58,579 bases of DNA from Priapulus caudatus (GCF_000485595.1 NW_014577062.1:1223965-1282543), one strand, 5' to 3'. Shown: positions 24,245-37,310, numbered from the stretch's first letter. Notes: generated by a model from the sequence alone, not told the origin. Translations and numbers: made by a program.

Positions 24245-24303
<59 letters not shown>

Positions 24304-24730
24304 CGCGCGTGTGTGTGTGGGGGAGGGGGGTATAGTAGGGTGTGTATATCTGAATTAGCGAGCAGATATGAAGTGTAAGAACGTCATAGATACTCGCGTG
24401 CTTGCGTGCGCGTCAGCATGCATCCATACCTGCGTGCGTGCGTGCGTACATACCTACGTGTGTGCGTGCGGACGTGCGGACGGGCGTGGGTGAATGCGGA
24501 CGTGCGTGCACGCGTGCGTGCGGGCAGAGTTATTGTGTGCAATGCGCGGTCGCGTACAGATGTACGACGATATCTGGTGCTTGTCGCGGAAATCGCATAC
24601 ATGTAACTCGTGTCTATCTATGTGTGTGTCTATCTATGTGTCTGTCTATCTATGTGTCTGTCTATCTATGTGTCTATCTATGTGTGTGTCTATCTACTCG
24701 TGTCTATCTACTCGTGTATATCTACTGTAA
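24060..24730. repeat. (GT)n/(GC)n/(TCTA)n microsatellite cluster with gap
   Basis: Visible directly. Confidence 0.85.
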
Positions 24731-26410
24731 GTATATATAAGTACTGTAAGTACGCATATATACTTGAGGCCGATGGCACGGTGATGTCCGAGGGGACTAG
24801 GAGGAATATTAATGCAGGCGGATGATTGAATGTCTACGACCTACATGCGTGCGGCTATCAATATGCTACCTCCGTCGTGGCAGAATCTGCGCAAGCTCGT
24901 GCGTGCGTACGAGCCAGAAACCAGATACTACGATGAACATGGTACTTTCCCCTTGTACCTGCACCCAATTTACATATACTTATGTAAAGTCATTTGCGAT
25001 CGCATAATTTGCTTCTTTCTCGAGAGTATAGGCAGGTCATTGGCACTATCCCGAAAAGCATAATAGCATTATTATATAGTTATTCATATTCATAGTCATA
25101 TTCATAGTCATAATCAGAGTCATAGTCATAGTCATAGTCATAGTCATAGTCATTTCATAGTCATAGTCATATTCATATTCATTCTATAGTTATTTCATAT
25201 TATATAGTTATTCATGTAACTGTTTGCCTAACATACGCCACACCCTGCTTACATACGCTACACGCTGTTTGCCTAACGCTAAACATACAATTACACACAT
25301 ACTATAATTACATGCCTATATCCCAGGAGATTGCTCTAACCCTGTTCGATTAACTAGCATGATACACGTAGCTTTAAATCTCATTTTAAATTAAGATTTT
25401 ATTCCGCTGATTTTGCGTCGACGTATTTTTTTCCATTTTACTTTTATAGTCCCTGTTGACTTGAACTTTTCGCGCGTTGATGTATGCCAAACTGATTTTC
25501 TTCGGGGTGGGGGGGACATGAACCTGACGTACACTATGGTACCTCGTGAATACTATAATACCAACCTGTCAGGTCTACTCACGCACACGCACACGCACAC
25601 GCACACGCACACGCGCGCGCACGCACACACACACACACACACACACACGCACGCGCACGTGCACGCGCACGCACACGCACACGCACACATGCACACGCAC
25701 CCGCACACGCACGCAAACACACACACAAGGTGATTTATATGTAATATGTAATGTTATAAATGTAAAAATGTCACACAATAAAGGGTCACTGAGATGCAAA
25801 TGTGTTTCAGACAGATAATATATTTCATTGAAAAATTCCTAAATAATAATAACAAAAAATATAACAACTAGAATAATATATTTATGTTATTGCTGATCAC
25901 ACCTTCCCTCAATCGCCTTGTATTCTCCACTAGATGGCGATATGAGGCAATCACGTGAGTCGCATATTCCACAAATACGCTATCGTATCTAGTATTATAC
26001 GGCCTTACATACACCTATATGTATTGTTATAAATGAACTACCGATCTCACTATATACGATTAAAACAAATATCTACTTTAAATTTCTAACTTCAACGTAA
26101 TAATAATATTTTTTGAAATACTGGGCACGCACACAGTACTTCATGAAAACAAGGCTGATTATAATGACTAAAGTGAGATATTGGGATAGACTTTTTACAC
26201 GAAGAAATACTCTGGAGTATGTAATTCAATCGTAAAATTGCAACAGAATAACAGTTATTATGATATATTCTAGGCACGCACGAATGGTTCAAGCGACGTA
26301 AAGAAAATTCGTGAAGACATGGCGACACGTAATTTTCAGTAAGAGCTGGGAATAAATATAGTAATTACATAAGTAGTTAATTACTTTACTTACAGTAAGT
26401 ACCGCACGAA

Positions 26411-26616
26411 GGGTCGTTGTCGTATAATGGCGTATAATATGTACCCGAAGTAACTATTTGATATGGTTAGGATTAGGGTTAGGGTTAGGGTGTTATGGTT
26501 AGGGTTAGGGTTAGAGTTAGGGTTAGGGTTTGGGTTAGGGTTAGGGAGTAGGCGTAGGCGACATACTTGCCGACACCTCGGGTACTACGATCGGGTACAT
26601 ATACGACAACGACACC
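26411..26616. mobile_element. About 206-bp MITE-like element with central degenerate (TTAGGG)n
   Basis: Left gtcgttgtcgtata...atgtacccga is the inverse of right tcgggtacatatacgacaacgac. Telomeric-type repeats at 26466-26546. Confidence 0.75.
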
Positions 26617-26844
26617 TTCAGCGTAAGTACCAGCGACAGATTCGTTCTAGGCATAGTTCTACTCATGCAAGTGTACAGCTTAAAATAAGACGGTGGATGA
26701 ACAAGTTTCATAGAAAACTATTCGACAACATCCGTTATCTACTTAAGTCATATAAGTCACATTAAGTCACTTAAGTTACATAGGCCTAACTTCTACAACA
26801 TATCTATTCATCTAGGACATATTGGGTAAGCACGAAGCCTTGCA

Positions 26845-27870
26845 TCTTGTATCTTGTATCTTGTATCTTGTATCTTGTATCTTGGCTCCCTCTCTTGTAT
26901 TTCACAAGGCACTCGATTACATCGAAGTGCGGGGATTATTTAGAGAAACAGAAGATTATTACCGCCTCTAATTCTCTAAATATTAGTGTTTCGAATCACC
27001 AGAATTTTCCGCACATAAAGTAACTCTGGTTTCAATAACCCGTGTTCGTCCCCTTTCCAGCCGTCTATTTGTTCCCCATCCTTATATTTATTATAACTAT
27101 CACAAGTATATAAATGTTCCATGTTCTCTTTCATATTCTTATTACATCGATTACACCTGTCGTCACTGAAGTTATTTCTAAAGTAACCTCTGAGCTCAAT
27201 CATGCAAGTTTTACATTTAAATGCAAAACACGAGTCGGCAAATGATAATCCTTTCATATATTCCTTCAATCCGTATGTTTCAATGTTTATCATCTTTATT
27301 TTTGTTTTTCCTTTGGTTTTCATTTTATCTCTTGTTCGCCGCGTTTTATCGCTGGCAGCAATTGATCCGTGCTCCGGCCTTTCGATTTGGCGCACGGATC
27401 AATAGCTGCCAGCGCGTGATACTTTCGTAGGACGTTCCCGCGGTCGCGTGCGCCTTGCCGCGAAACTGCGCGCAAGATCCGCGCTCAGCGGGCAGGATCA
27501 ACACCTCTCAGGCGACGCTTCTCTGGTATCCGGTCTCTTATCTGATTATTACACTTTTTAAAATAGCTTGTTTTACTTGTTTTTTTTCCAGGCTTTCTTT
27601 GTTTTTATTTCGATGGTTGTAAATGATATTCCTAAAATCCTAGTTGTCTAAAATTTCCGCGGGTTCGTTTGCCTATTTTTTTTCTTCTTCTTTAGTCTGT
27701 TGTATGTAAACTCTTTTCATTAATCTATTATTTTCCAAATTAACTATGAATTGTAGAAGCATGAGTTTTTTGTAATTTATCTTGTCTAATATCGGTAGAA
27801 GATTTTTGCCTAGAATTGATTAGACGCTTGATTTTTGGTCTGCTACATTAGAAAATGCTTACCAATGTTT
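26845..27870 (-). mobile_element. Degraded LINE 3' fragment, interrupted by an insertion at about 27331-27537
   Basis: Translation includes FAFKCKTCMIELRGYFRNN..DDRCNRCNKNMKENMEHLYTC, resembling the C-terminal CCHC region of LINE ORF2. Followed by a short UTR and a (CAAGATA)n tandem tail at 26845-26885. Confidence 0.65.
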
Positions 27871-29739
27871 CGTTTGAATACGTCTGTTTTTACAGGATCA
27901 GATTGCATAATGCATATCGTGCACGCTTATTATATTATCGTGCTATTCAAAATTAATGGCATTCTATCCTTATGAAATTCGTGATAAACTTTTTATGATG
28001 TTTCTAACAACGATCCCTTAGTGAAACTGCGACAGTCACGCCCTCTCTTGACGGTTGAACGTAACAACATTAGGTTTGATATATGCATTCGACGTGCGCG
28101 TGCGTGCATATGCACGCGCGTGTGCATGTATAAGCGCGTGTTCGTGTGTATGCGCGCGTATGTGCGTGTATGCGCCAATGCGTGCACAAGGTACATGTGC
28201 GTAAGTGGGATAAATGCGTGCCGGCGTGTTTCTCTATCTACGAAGCGTTAGGATTGGATGTTCGACGACAAACAGTGCCTCAAGATGGCACTACCGTCGC
28301 ATTTACGGCATTTCTGCTTTAGCCAGTGACTCATTCTATGGTGTGCGGCAGATAATATAATTAGGACAAAATTACCAAGGGCTAATATGTTTATATTGTA
28401 GTACCTAATAATTTACAGTAACCAGAGTAGCAAGAATATTTACATAAATTAAGCAAAACGGCTATTTCCACCAGTACCTCATACAGTCCTAATTGCGTAT
28501 GGGACTATAGTCCGTGCGTACTTCGAATATCACACCCACATAAATGTGTTCTGCTACTGCTGTGCGCTCACACAATCATTGGCGGTTTTAATTACCTGAG
28601 CCCGGAAAATAATGGACGTAATTGCACGAAGCCGACAAACTGTTTAAATATTTTAACACACATCACCATCACTCCGGCGAGACAATACAGACATCCCCGA
28701 TGCTGGTAGATTGCATGTAATTGTACCCCCCCCCCCGTCCGCGCGAGGTAGTTCTCCGTTGACTTGCCATTTAATCGCGCGGAAGTTGGAATCTCATTAA
28801 CGGCAATGATAGGTGCTGCGCAAAAGCAGCCGATTCACGGTGGGTGCGCACACAGGTACGATGGAGCCTGCGTCACGACACGTGCTGTCCGCCGCGCTGG
28901 CACGGGGACAGCGACTGATCATGCGCTGACGCAGCGGATGGTGGCAGCAGCAACGTCGACGGAGGCTGTTGTCTCACATCTGAAACACATCTCTCATGAA
29001 TGCTGCGACGGATGCGGAATCACATTGTCGGCATCTGTTGTAGGGACGACGGTCCGATTCTTCGCTGTATTCTTAGTTACGCTTGTACTGTTCTCGTAGT
29101 GCGGTTGCCCCGCGTGATATAAGTTAGTGTGAAAACGAGTCTATTTATGCCTTCATGTTGTTTCGTTTTTCGTTCTTCTTCGTCGCTTGTTCTTTATGCC
29201 TATGTTTCGTTCATGCAATAAATGCCTTCGGGTTGACTTTAGTCCTACCATTGACAATGCTTTATTGTTGTTGTTATTATTATCATTATCATTATTATTA
29301 TTGACTATAGTAGTCCATTTTTTTCAACAGACATCTGAGTTATTTCGGTAACGCCCGATATAAATAAATAATAAAGGATTGCAGTATGCTGCGAAATGAT
29401 TGCGAAATATGATTACGACAACACTTAGTGGAAATTACTGACGTGTTATCCACAGTAATTACAAATACAATTAAGTTAACGTTAAGTTAACGTCGTGCAT
29501 ACATTATGTTGTTAGACGCGCTAGCTATTCCCGTATTTAGTTTGCCCCCCAAGCAAAATTTTGAATGAAATAGTTGATTTTTTCTTCGGAACATAGTCCA
29601 ATAGACAAGGAAGTAGAACGTTAAATGTCAAGTAAACGCGAATAAAAGCGTTATATGATACTTTAAAACGCCACTGTTTACATAGTGAATCGTTTTAATG
29701 CTTTGCTTGCAGCGTTTGCGAAGGTAGTACGACCGTTTT

Positions 29740-29972
29740 CAGGGGCGGAGGCTGAGCAAATTCCTAGGGGGGGGGCAAAATTTCAAGACTCATCTATGTA
29801 AGATTGAGCGACGGGCACGTACGTGGTAGGGGTGGGTTTGAGACAAGGCTTTCACGGATAAGTGACCAAAAAATCACGTTAGGGTTATTTACGATTATTA
29901 GCTAAGCTTTTTTTTGCTCCAAAATCTAGGGGGGTACAGCTGCCCCTTGCCCTCCGACAGGCTACGGCCCTG
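29740..29972. mobile_element. Probable hAT-like MITE
   Basis: Imperfect TIRs caggggcggagg / gctacggccctg with G-rich and C-rich subtermini. TSD not recognisable. Confidence 0.45.
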
Positions 29973-30189
29973 GTTTCCATTGACGTGGAATATAATTAAG
30001 TCTGGATGTAACCGTAAAGGGCTGGGACTAGGCTATCGGCGGTAGCTGTTGGTGTACATTTCGTACAGCAGATATTTGCATGTATTTACCGGTGATTCGC
30101 GGCGTTTTCGCTTCCGTGTTAGCATTCTTGCTGGCATTAACGTCTAAACATGTCGCTATTTTTGTAGTCTCTCCCGATTCATCAATTTC

Positions 30190-30670
30190 ACGCGCGCACG
30201 CACGCATAGAGGCGTGCACACACGCGCGCACGCACGCATTGAGGCGTGCATGCACGCGCGCACGCACGCATAGAGGCGTGCACACACGCGCGCACGCACG
30301 CATAGAGGCGTGTACACGCGCGCGCACGCACGCATAGAGGCGTGCATATACGCGCGAACGCACGCATAGAAGCGTGCACACACGCGCGCACGCACGCATA
30401 GAGGCATACGCGCGAACGCACGCATGGAGGCGTGCATGCACGCGCGCACGCACGCATAGAGGCGTGCACATACGCGCGCACGCACGCATAGAGGCGTGCA
30501 CACACGCGCGCACGTACGCATGGAGGCGTGCATGCACGCGCACACGCACGCATGAAGGCGTGCACACACGCGCGCACGCACGCATGGAGGCGTGCACACA
30601 CGCGCGCACGCACGCATAGAGGCGTGCACACACGCGCGCACGCACGCATGGAGGCGTGCATGCGCGCGCG
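30190..30670. repeat. 32-bp minisatellite
   Basis: acgcgcgcacgcacgcatagaggcgtgcacac, about 15 copies (period seen at 30207, 30239, 30271, 30303). Confidence 0.95.
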
Positions 30671-31329
30671 GAGAGCATATGTCATATCATTTGAGTAAAC
30701 AATCCATGATAAACTTTAATATTTAGTTAATAATTTTGTAGGTGAATATTATAAAACGAAAAACGAATCATCTTTCATTGTGTTTTCTTAATTTTAATTA
30801 CATAAAAACGTTATATTTACCTGCCGCCGTGCGATACACTGACTTGCCTTACTCAAATCTCACACAGGCGACAAACGCACAAACGCACGCGCGCACACAC
30901 GCTCACATGCATGCGAGCACACGCACGTATGCTTTAACGTCCACACGTGCTTTTACGGACACGCACAACTATACGCACACGCAAGCTCACACGCGCGCAC
31001 ACATGTATTTACGCGCACTCACACACGCGCACACGCACGCACGCAAGCAAGCAGGTACACACGCACACACATACACGCGCACGCACACACACGTACCAAT
31101 AGGGAATGTAATTCGTATAGCGAAAAGGCTTTTTAACCAGAGCTTTATATGGAATTCCTATTATAACATTTATTTCTATTACGTACTTATGATGGCGTGC
31201 AAAACGCGCTAACTTTGTTCGCGATGCCACCATCATCAATACGGTACTGGCAGAGTGTCGCGCAGGTTCCGTTTTGGGAAATTAATGAAAACATTGCGTG
31301 TGTAAAAAACGGGATGTGTCTCGCTTTTT

Positions 31330-33510
31330 ATATTAGTGTGAAGTGTGTGTCAGCTGCAATATTAATGTGGAGTGTGTGTCGGCTTCTATATTAGTGTGAA
31401 GTGTGTGTCGGCTTCTATATTAGTGTGGAGTGGGTGCTACCTGCTATATTAGTGTGAAGTGTGTGTCGGCTTCTATATTAGTGTGTAGTGTATGCTACCT
31501 GCTATATTAGTGTGTAGTGTGTGCAACCTGCTATATTAGTGTGTAGTTTGTGCTACCTGCTATATTAGTGTGTAAGTGTGTGCTACCTGTATATTAAGTG
31601 TGTAGTGTATCTGGCTACGTGCTATAATTGTGTGTAGGGTGTGCTACCTGCCGTAATTTGTGTGGAGTGTGTGCTACCTGCTTTTAGTGTGTAGTGTGTG
31701 CTACCTGCTTGATATTAGTGTGGAGTGTTGTGTACCTGCCCTATTTAGTGATGGAGTGTGTGCTACCTGTATATTAGGGTGGAGTTGTGATACCTGCCTA
31801 TATTAGTTGTGTTGATGTGTGTACTGCTATATTTAGTGTGGGACGTATGTGCTACTGCTATTTAAGTGTGGAGTGTGTGTTCCTTGCTATATTAGTGTGT
31901 TAGTGTGTGCCTACCTGCTTATTTAGTGTGGAGTGTGTGCTACCTGCTATATTAAGTGTGGAGTGTGTGCTTACTGCTTTTTAGTGTGAGTAGATGTGCT
32001 ACTGTTATATAGTGTGGAGTGTGTGTACCTGATATATTGGTGTGGAGTGGTGTGCTACCTGCTATATTAGTGTGGAGTGTGTGCTACCTGCCTATATTGA
32101 GCGTGTGTCGTGTGTGCTACTGCTTATATAGTGTGGAGTATGTGTACTGCTCATTTAGTGTGAGTGTGTCGCTACCTGCCTATTGTGTGGAGTGTGGCTT
32201 AATGCCTTTATTAGTGTGGAGTGTGTGCTTACCTACTATATTGTTGTGGAGTGTGTGCTACCTGCTATAGGAGGATGTAACGTGTGTGCTTACCTGCTAT
32301 ATTAGTGTGAGTGTGCTGCTACTTGATTATATTAGTGTGTAGTGGTGCTACCTTGCGTTATTAGTGTGAGTGTGTGCTACCTGTCTATATTAGTGGGAGT
32401 GTGTGCTACCTGGTATATTGTGTGTGTGTGTTGCTACTGCTCTTTAGGCTGTGGGTGGATGCTACCTGTTTACTTAGTGTCAGTGTGTGCTCCTTGACTT
32501 ATTAGTGTGAGTGTGTGCTACCTGCTATATTAGTGTGAGTGTGTGCTACCTGCTATTTAGGTGTGCGAGTTGGTGTGTACTGCCTAATTAGTGTGGGTGT
32601 GTGCTACTGATTATTGTGTGGAGTGTGTGCTACCTGCTCTTATTGTGTGGAGTTGTTTGCTACCTGCTATGCTAGTGTTGAGTGTGTGTACCTGCTATAT
32701 TAGTGTGTAGTTGTGCTACCTGCTATATTAGTTGGAGTGTGTGTAGCCTGCTATATTAGGGTGAGTGTGTGCTACCTTGCTATATTGTGTGTGTGTGTCG
32801 GCTGCCTATTTAGTGTGGAGTCGTGTGCTACCTAGCTTATTTAGTGTTGTGTGTGTACCTGCTATATTGATGTGGGTGTGTGGCGGCTGCTATATTAGTG
32901 TGGAGTGTGTGCTACCTGCTAATATTAGTGTGTAGTGTGTGCTACCTGCTATATTAGTGTGGGTGTGTGGTCGGTGCTTATATTTAGTGTGGAGTGTGTG
33001 CTACCTGCTTATTGGGTGTATGTGTGTGTTACCTGCTATATAGTTGGAAGTGTGTGTACCTGCTATTACTAGGTGTTGGTGTGTGACTACTGCTATATTC
33101 GCTGTGTGTGTGTGCTTACTGCCTATACTAGTGTTGAGTGTGTGTACCTTGCTATTTAGATGTGGTAGTGTGTGCTACCTGCTTAGTTAGTGGTGCGAGT
33201 GTGTGTCGGCTGCCTTATTGTGTGGAGTGTGTTGCTACCTGCCCTATATTAGTGTGGAGTGTGTGCTACTGCCAATATTAGTGTGTGTGTGTCGCACCTG
33301 TATATTGTGTGTAGTGTTGTGCTACTGCTATTTAGTGTGTAGTGGTGTGCTACTGCTATATTAGTGTGTAGTCCTGTGCTACCTGCTTATTGTGTGGAGT
33401 GTGTGCTAACTGCTATATAGTGTGTGTGTGTGCTTTTTACCTTGCTATCTGTAGTGTGTAGTGTGTTGCTCGTTCTATTTGGTGGAGTGTGTGTCGGCTG
33501 CTTATATTCG
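31330..33510. repeat. 29-bp satellite array, about 2.2 kb
   Basis: Consensus tgtgtgctacctgctatattagtgtggag. Units are clean at the start and indel-rich after about 31560. Confidence 0.95.
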
Positions 33511-33809
33511 CTGGGTGTTCGTGCAAACGCTATATTGTCGTCGTTTAATGTTGGTGTCGGCGGCTACATCACTGTGTGTTCGGTGGTTCGGTAGCGGGAT
33601 GATACGTGACGACGCCATGTTGAGTCACGATTTATCAAATTGCAAAATCTGCGAAATTCGTGAACGATGTCATCAATAGCCTTTTAGTCTACGGACTATT
33701 CCACCGCTGAATGACAGCCAGGTAACTATTTGTAATTTCGTTTTCGAGATCTCTCTTTTTGGTATATACTCGTGTATCTATTTCACTCAATCTGGCGCAT
33801 GCATGCTTT

Positions 33810-33812
33810 CAG

Positions 33813-33844
<32 letters not shown>

Positions 33845-34037
33845 ACTCTCTCTCTCTCTCTCTCTCTCATTCTGTCTCGCGCGCGTTCTCTCTCTCTTCT
33901 CTCTCTCTCTTCTCTCTCTTCTCCTCTCTTTTTTCGTCGTGGTGGCGCTCTCTCTGCTGGTGGGTCGTGTCTGCTGCTGCGTCTGCTGCTCTCTCTCTCT
34001 CTCTGCTTCTCGTCTCTTCTCTCTCTCTCTCTCTATC

Positions 34038-34092
<55 letters not shown>

Positions 34093-34325
34093 CTCTCTCG
34101 GTCTTTGATTGTGTTTGCATGTGTGCATGCATATGCGTGAACGTCTGCGTGAGCGCGTGCGCGCGTGCGTGTATACGTGGGTGCGGTCATGTATACGAGT
34201 GTGTTCCCCGCCTCTCTCTTCCTCTCTCTCCCTCCCCCCTCTCTCTCTCTCTCTCCCTCTCCCTCCCTCTCTCTCTCGCTCTCTCTCTCTCCCCTCTCTC
34301 TCTCCCACTCTCTTTCGCTCTCTTA
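33810..34325. repeat. (CT)n-rich microsatellite region
   Basis: Visible directly. Confidence 0.9.
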
Positions 34326-35186
34326 CATCTACTCGATTACATGTATAGTCGGTGTTTCCCTTCCAGATCTCGAAGCTGCGTGTTACCCTGCGGCACAGGG
34401 CGCCCGAATATCTGAAACAGAGCAGAAAGTCGTTCAGATTCACCGCTCAGTTGGTTAGTCGCGGTTTGTTCTGCGACATGTCGCGACCTGTGAGAGCGTC
34501 GCTGTGACACGAGGCGTGTCTGATTTTGTGTAGATTGGTTTTGGCGCCGGAGATCGGAGACGACTACCCCGCGCCCTTGCGATGACTAGAACAACGCAAT
34601 GCACTGGCGGTGCAGCAGGACCGTGCGCGTATTTGTTGAAAACACACGAGCAGGCGCGTTCCGTGATCGCGTGAGAAGTCGTTGTCTAGTTCGCGCACGC
34701 ATTGGGACGACGAACCTCACAGCACGGCACGACTAGGAGAATGGCGTAGACTCACACCGGGTTGTTACAGGGAGGAATAGTAAATAGTAAATAAATATAA
34801 ATATACGAGTAGAAAAGAAGCGTAGCCGTGCCGTGCCCGAGCAACAAGTGAGATCATGCTATACGAGGAAGCGTGATCGACCGCCGATCGTGTGTTATAC
34901 ATGCGATGCAAAGTGGCAACATGTGCCATGCATGGCTCGCCAGAAAAGACATGCATAAATTAATATAAGCATTGGGGAACCCAGGGCGTGATGCTGCGAG
35001 CAAAGTGAATATTATAGAACGAATTTTGCCAAGCACATGTGCGGTCGGCCAGGCCGCGAGTATCTTTTTCCCAGTCGACATAGAATTTAGCGCCTTCTGA
35101 TTGGCTGCTTCGATTTGCTTTACCTTTGACAAGAGAACAAACGCCCATTTGTAACATAGCGAAGAATTGCAATTATTTTGCAATAA

Positions 35187-35242
35187 TAACCCTAACCCTA
35201 ACCCTAACCCTAACCCTAACCCTAACCCTAACCCTAACCCTA
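35187..35242 (-). repeat. Interstitial telomeric repeat (TAACCC)n running into an N gap
   Basis: About 9 perfect units, then gap 35243-36036. Confidence 0.95.
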
Positions 35243-36154
35243 NNNNNNNNNNNNNNNNNNNNNNNNNNNNNNNNNNNNNNNNNNNNNNNNNNNNNNNNNN
35301 NNNNNNNNNNNNNNNNNNNNNNNNNNNNNNNNNNNNNNNNNNNNNNNNNNNNNNNNNNNNNNNNNNNNNNNNNNNNNNNNNNNNNNNNNNNNNNNNNNNN
35401 NNNNNNNNNNNNNNNNNNNNNNNNNNNNNNNNNNNNNNNNNNNNNNNNNNNNNNNNNNNNNNNNNNNNNNNNNNNNNNNNNNNNNNNNNNNNNNNNNNNN
35501 NNNNNNNNNNNNNNNNNNNNNNNNNNNNNNNNNNNNNNNNNNNNNNNNNNNNNNNNNNNNNNNNNNNNNNNNNNNNNNNNNNNNNNNNNNNNNNNNNNNN
35601 NNNNNNNNNNNNNNNNNNNNNNNNNNNNNNNNNNNNNNNNNNNNNNNNNNNNNNNNNNNNNNNNNNNNNNNNNNNNNNNNNNNNNNNNNNNNNNNNNNNN
35701 NNNNNNNNNNNNNNNNNNNNNNNNNNNNNNNNNNNNNNNNNNNNNNNNNNNNNNNNNNNNNNNNNNNNNNNNNNNNNNNNNNNNNNNNNNNNNNNNNNNN
35801 NNNNNNNNNNNNNNNNNNNNNNNNNNNNNNNNNNNNNNNNNNNNNNNNNNNNNNNNNNNNNNNNNNNNNNNNNNNNNNNNNNNNNNNNNNNNNNNNNNNN
35901 NNNNNNNNNNNNNNNNNNNNNNNNNNNNNNNNNNNNNNNNNNNNNNNNNNNNNNNNNNNNNNNNNNNNNNNNNNNNNNNNNNNNNNNNNNNNNNNNNNNN
36001 NNNNNNNNNNNNNNNNNNNNNNNNNNNNNNNNNNNNATAAGCAAACACGCGCTGTTTTTGAACCAATCAGGAGGCAGGATGAACCAATCAGAACCAATCA
36101 GAAGGCGCTAAATTCTTCGACTGGATATGTCGACTGGGAAAAAGAAATTCGCGG

Positions 36155-36590
36155 CCAGGCCGGCTCCACTTTGAACGTATAAGAACGGTTGAAGAAAATT
36201 CTTTTGGCAGTCAACGGCGAACGACGTCGGTGCGCCTTTTTTATGTATATTGGCATAGCGGAAAAGCCAGGGCGTGAGATGCTGCGAGCAAAGTGAATAT
36301 TATAGAACGAATTTTTTCAAGCACACGTGCTGTGGGCCCGCCGGCTCTAATATAAACGTATAAGAACGGCCGAAAAAAAATTATTTTGGCAGTCAACGGC
36401 GACCGACGTCGGACTGCCCTTTTCATGTATATTAGCATAGCGGAAAACCCAGAGCATGATGCTGCGAGCAAAGTGAATATTCTACATCGGATTTTACCAA
36501 GCACATGTTCTGTCGGCCCGGCCGGCTCCACTTCGAACGTATAAGAACGGCCGAAGAAAATTCTCCTGGCTGTCAACGGTGACCGGCGCA
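36155..36590. repeat. About 180-bp tandem repeat (about 2.4 units), with a related partial unit at about 34965-35050
   Basis: gatgctgcgagcaaagtgaatat at 36278, 36458 and 34990; aacgtataagaacgg at about 36174, 36355 and 36536. Confidence 0.85.
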
Positions 36591-36594
36591 CGAG

Positions 36595-37310
36595 CATTTC
36601 CCATTTTCCCACTTCGCCATTTGCCATTTCGCCATTAAAAATTCCCACTTCGCCATTTGCCATTTCGCCATTAAAAATTCCCACTTCGCCATTGGCCATT
36701 TCGCCATTTCCCGTTTCGCCATTTCCAACTTCGCCATTTTCTCATTTCGCCAGTTTCCCACTTCGCCAGTTCCCCGTTTCGCCAGTTTCCCATTCTGCCA
36801 TTTCGTTCTATCTCCCCGACCACCCCCTTGTTCGAGGTGGGTTAAAAGTAGGCATCTGTAATGAATAAATTATAATGAATCTTTAGATATGGAGTCAACT
36901 ATTTATTTGAAGAACAAGAAGGCGAAATCGTACATATCAAAACATATGGATCATGTACAGGCACCCTAACCCTAACCATAACCCTAACCCTAGCCCTAAC
37001 CCTAACCCTATAACCCTAGAAATGACCTAGAAATGACTTTTTTTAAGAATGGAAGGATCAATTTCGTGCAGGGGGTGGAAGCAACATAAAATATTGGCGA
37101 AATGGGAAACTGGCGAAGTGGGAAAATGGCGAAATGGGAAAATGGCGAAATGGGAAAATGGCGAAATGGCGAAGTGGGAAAATGGCGAAATGGGAAATGG
37201 CGAAATGGGAAATGGCGAAGTGGGAAAATGGCGAAATGGGACACTGGCGAAATGGGAAATGGCGAAATGGGAAATGGCGAAGTGGGAAAATGGCGAAATG
37301 GGAAGACACC
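36595..37310 (-). mobile_element. Foldback element with internal telomeric repeats, copy B (inverse of 5074-5706)
   Basis: Same core as copy A in reverse, with (CCCTAA)n at 36964-37018. End gggaagacacc matches the copy A start ggttgtcttcc. The left end appears truncated. Confidence 0.85.

Noticed and set aside
35187..36036. True chromosome end
   Set aside because: The tract is internal and the same repeat family with inverted arms continues on both sides of the gap.
34854..36111. 285-396 aa ORFs (also 9906-10238)
   Set aside because: Artefacts of translating N gaps.
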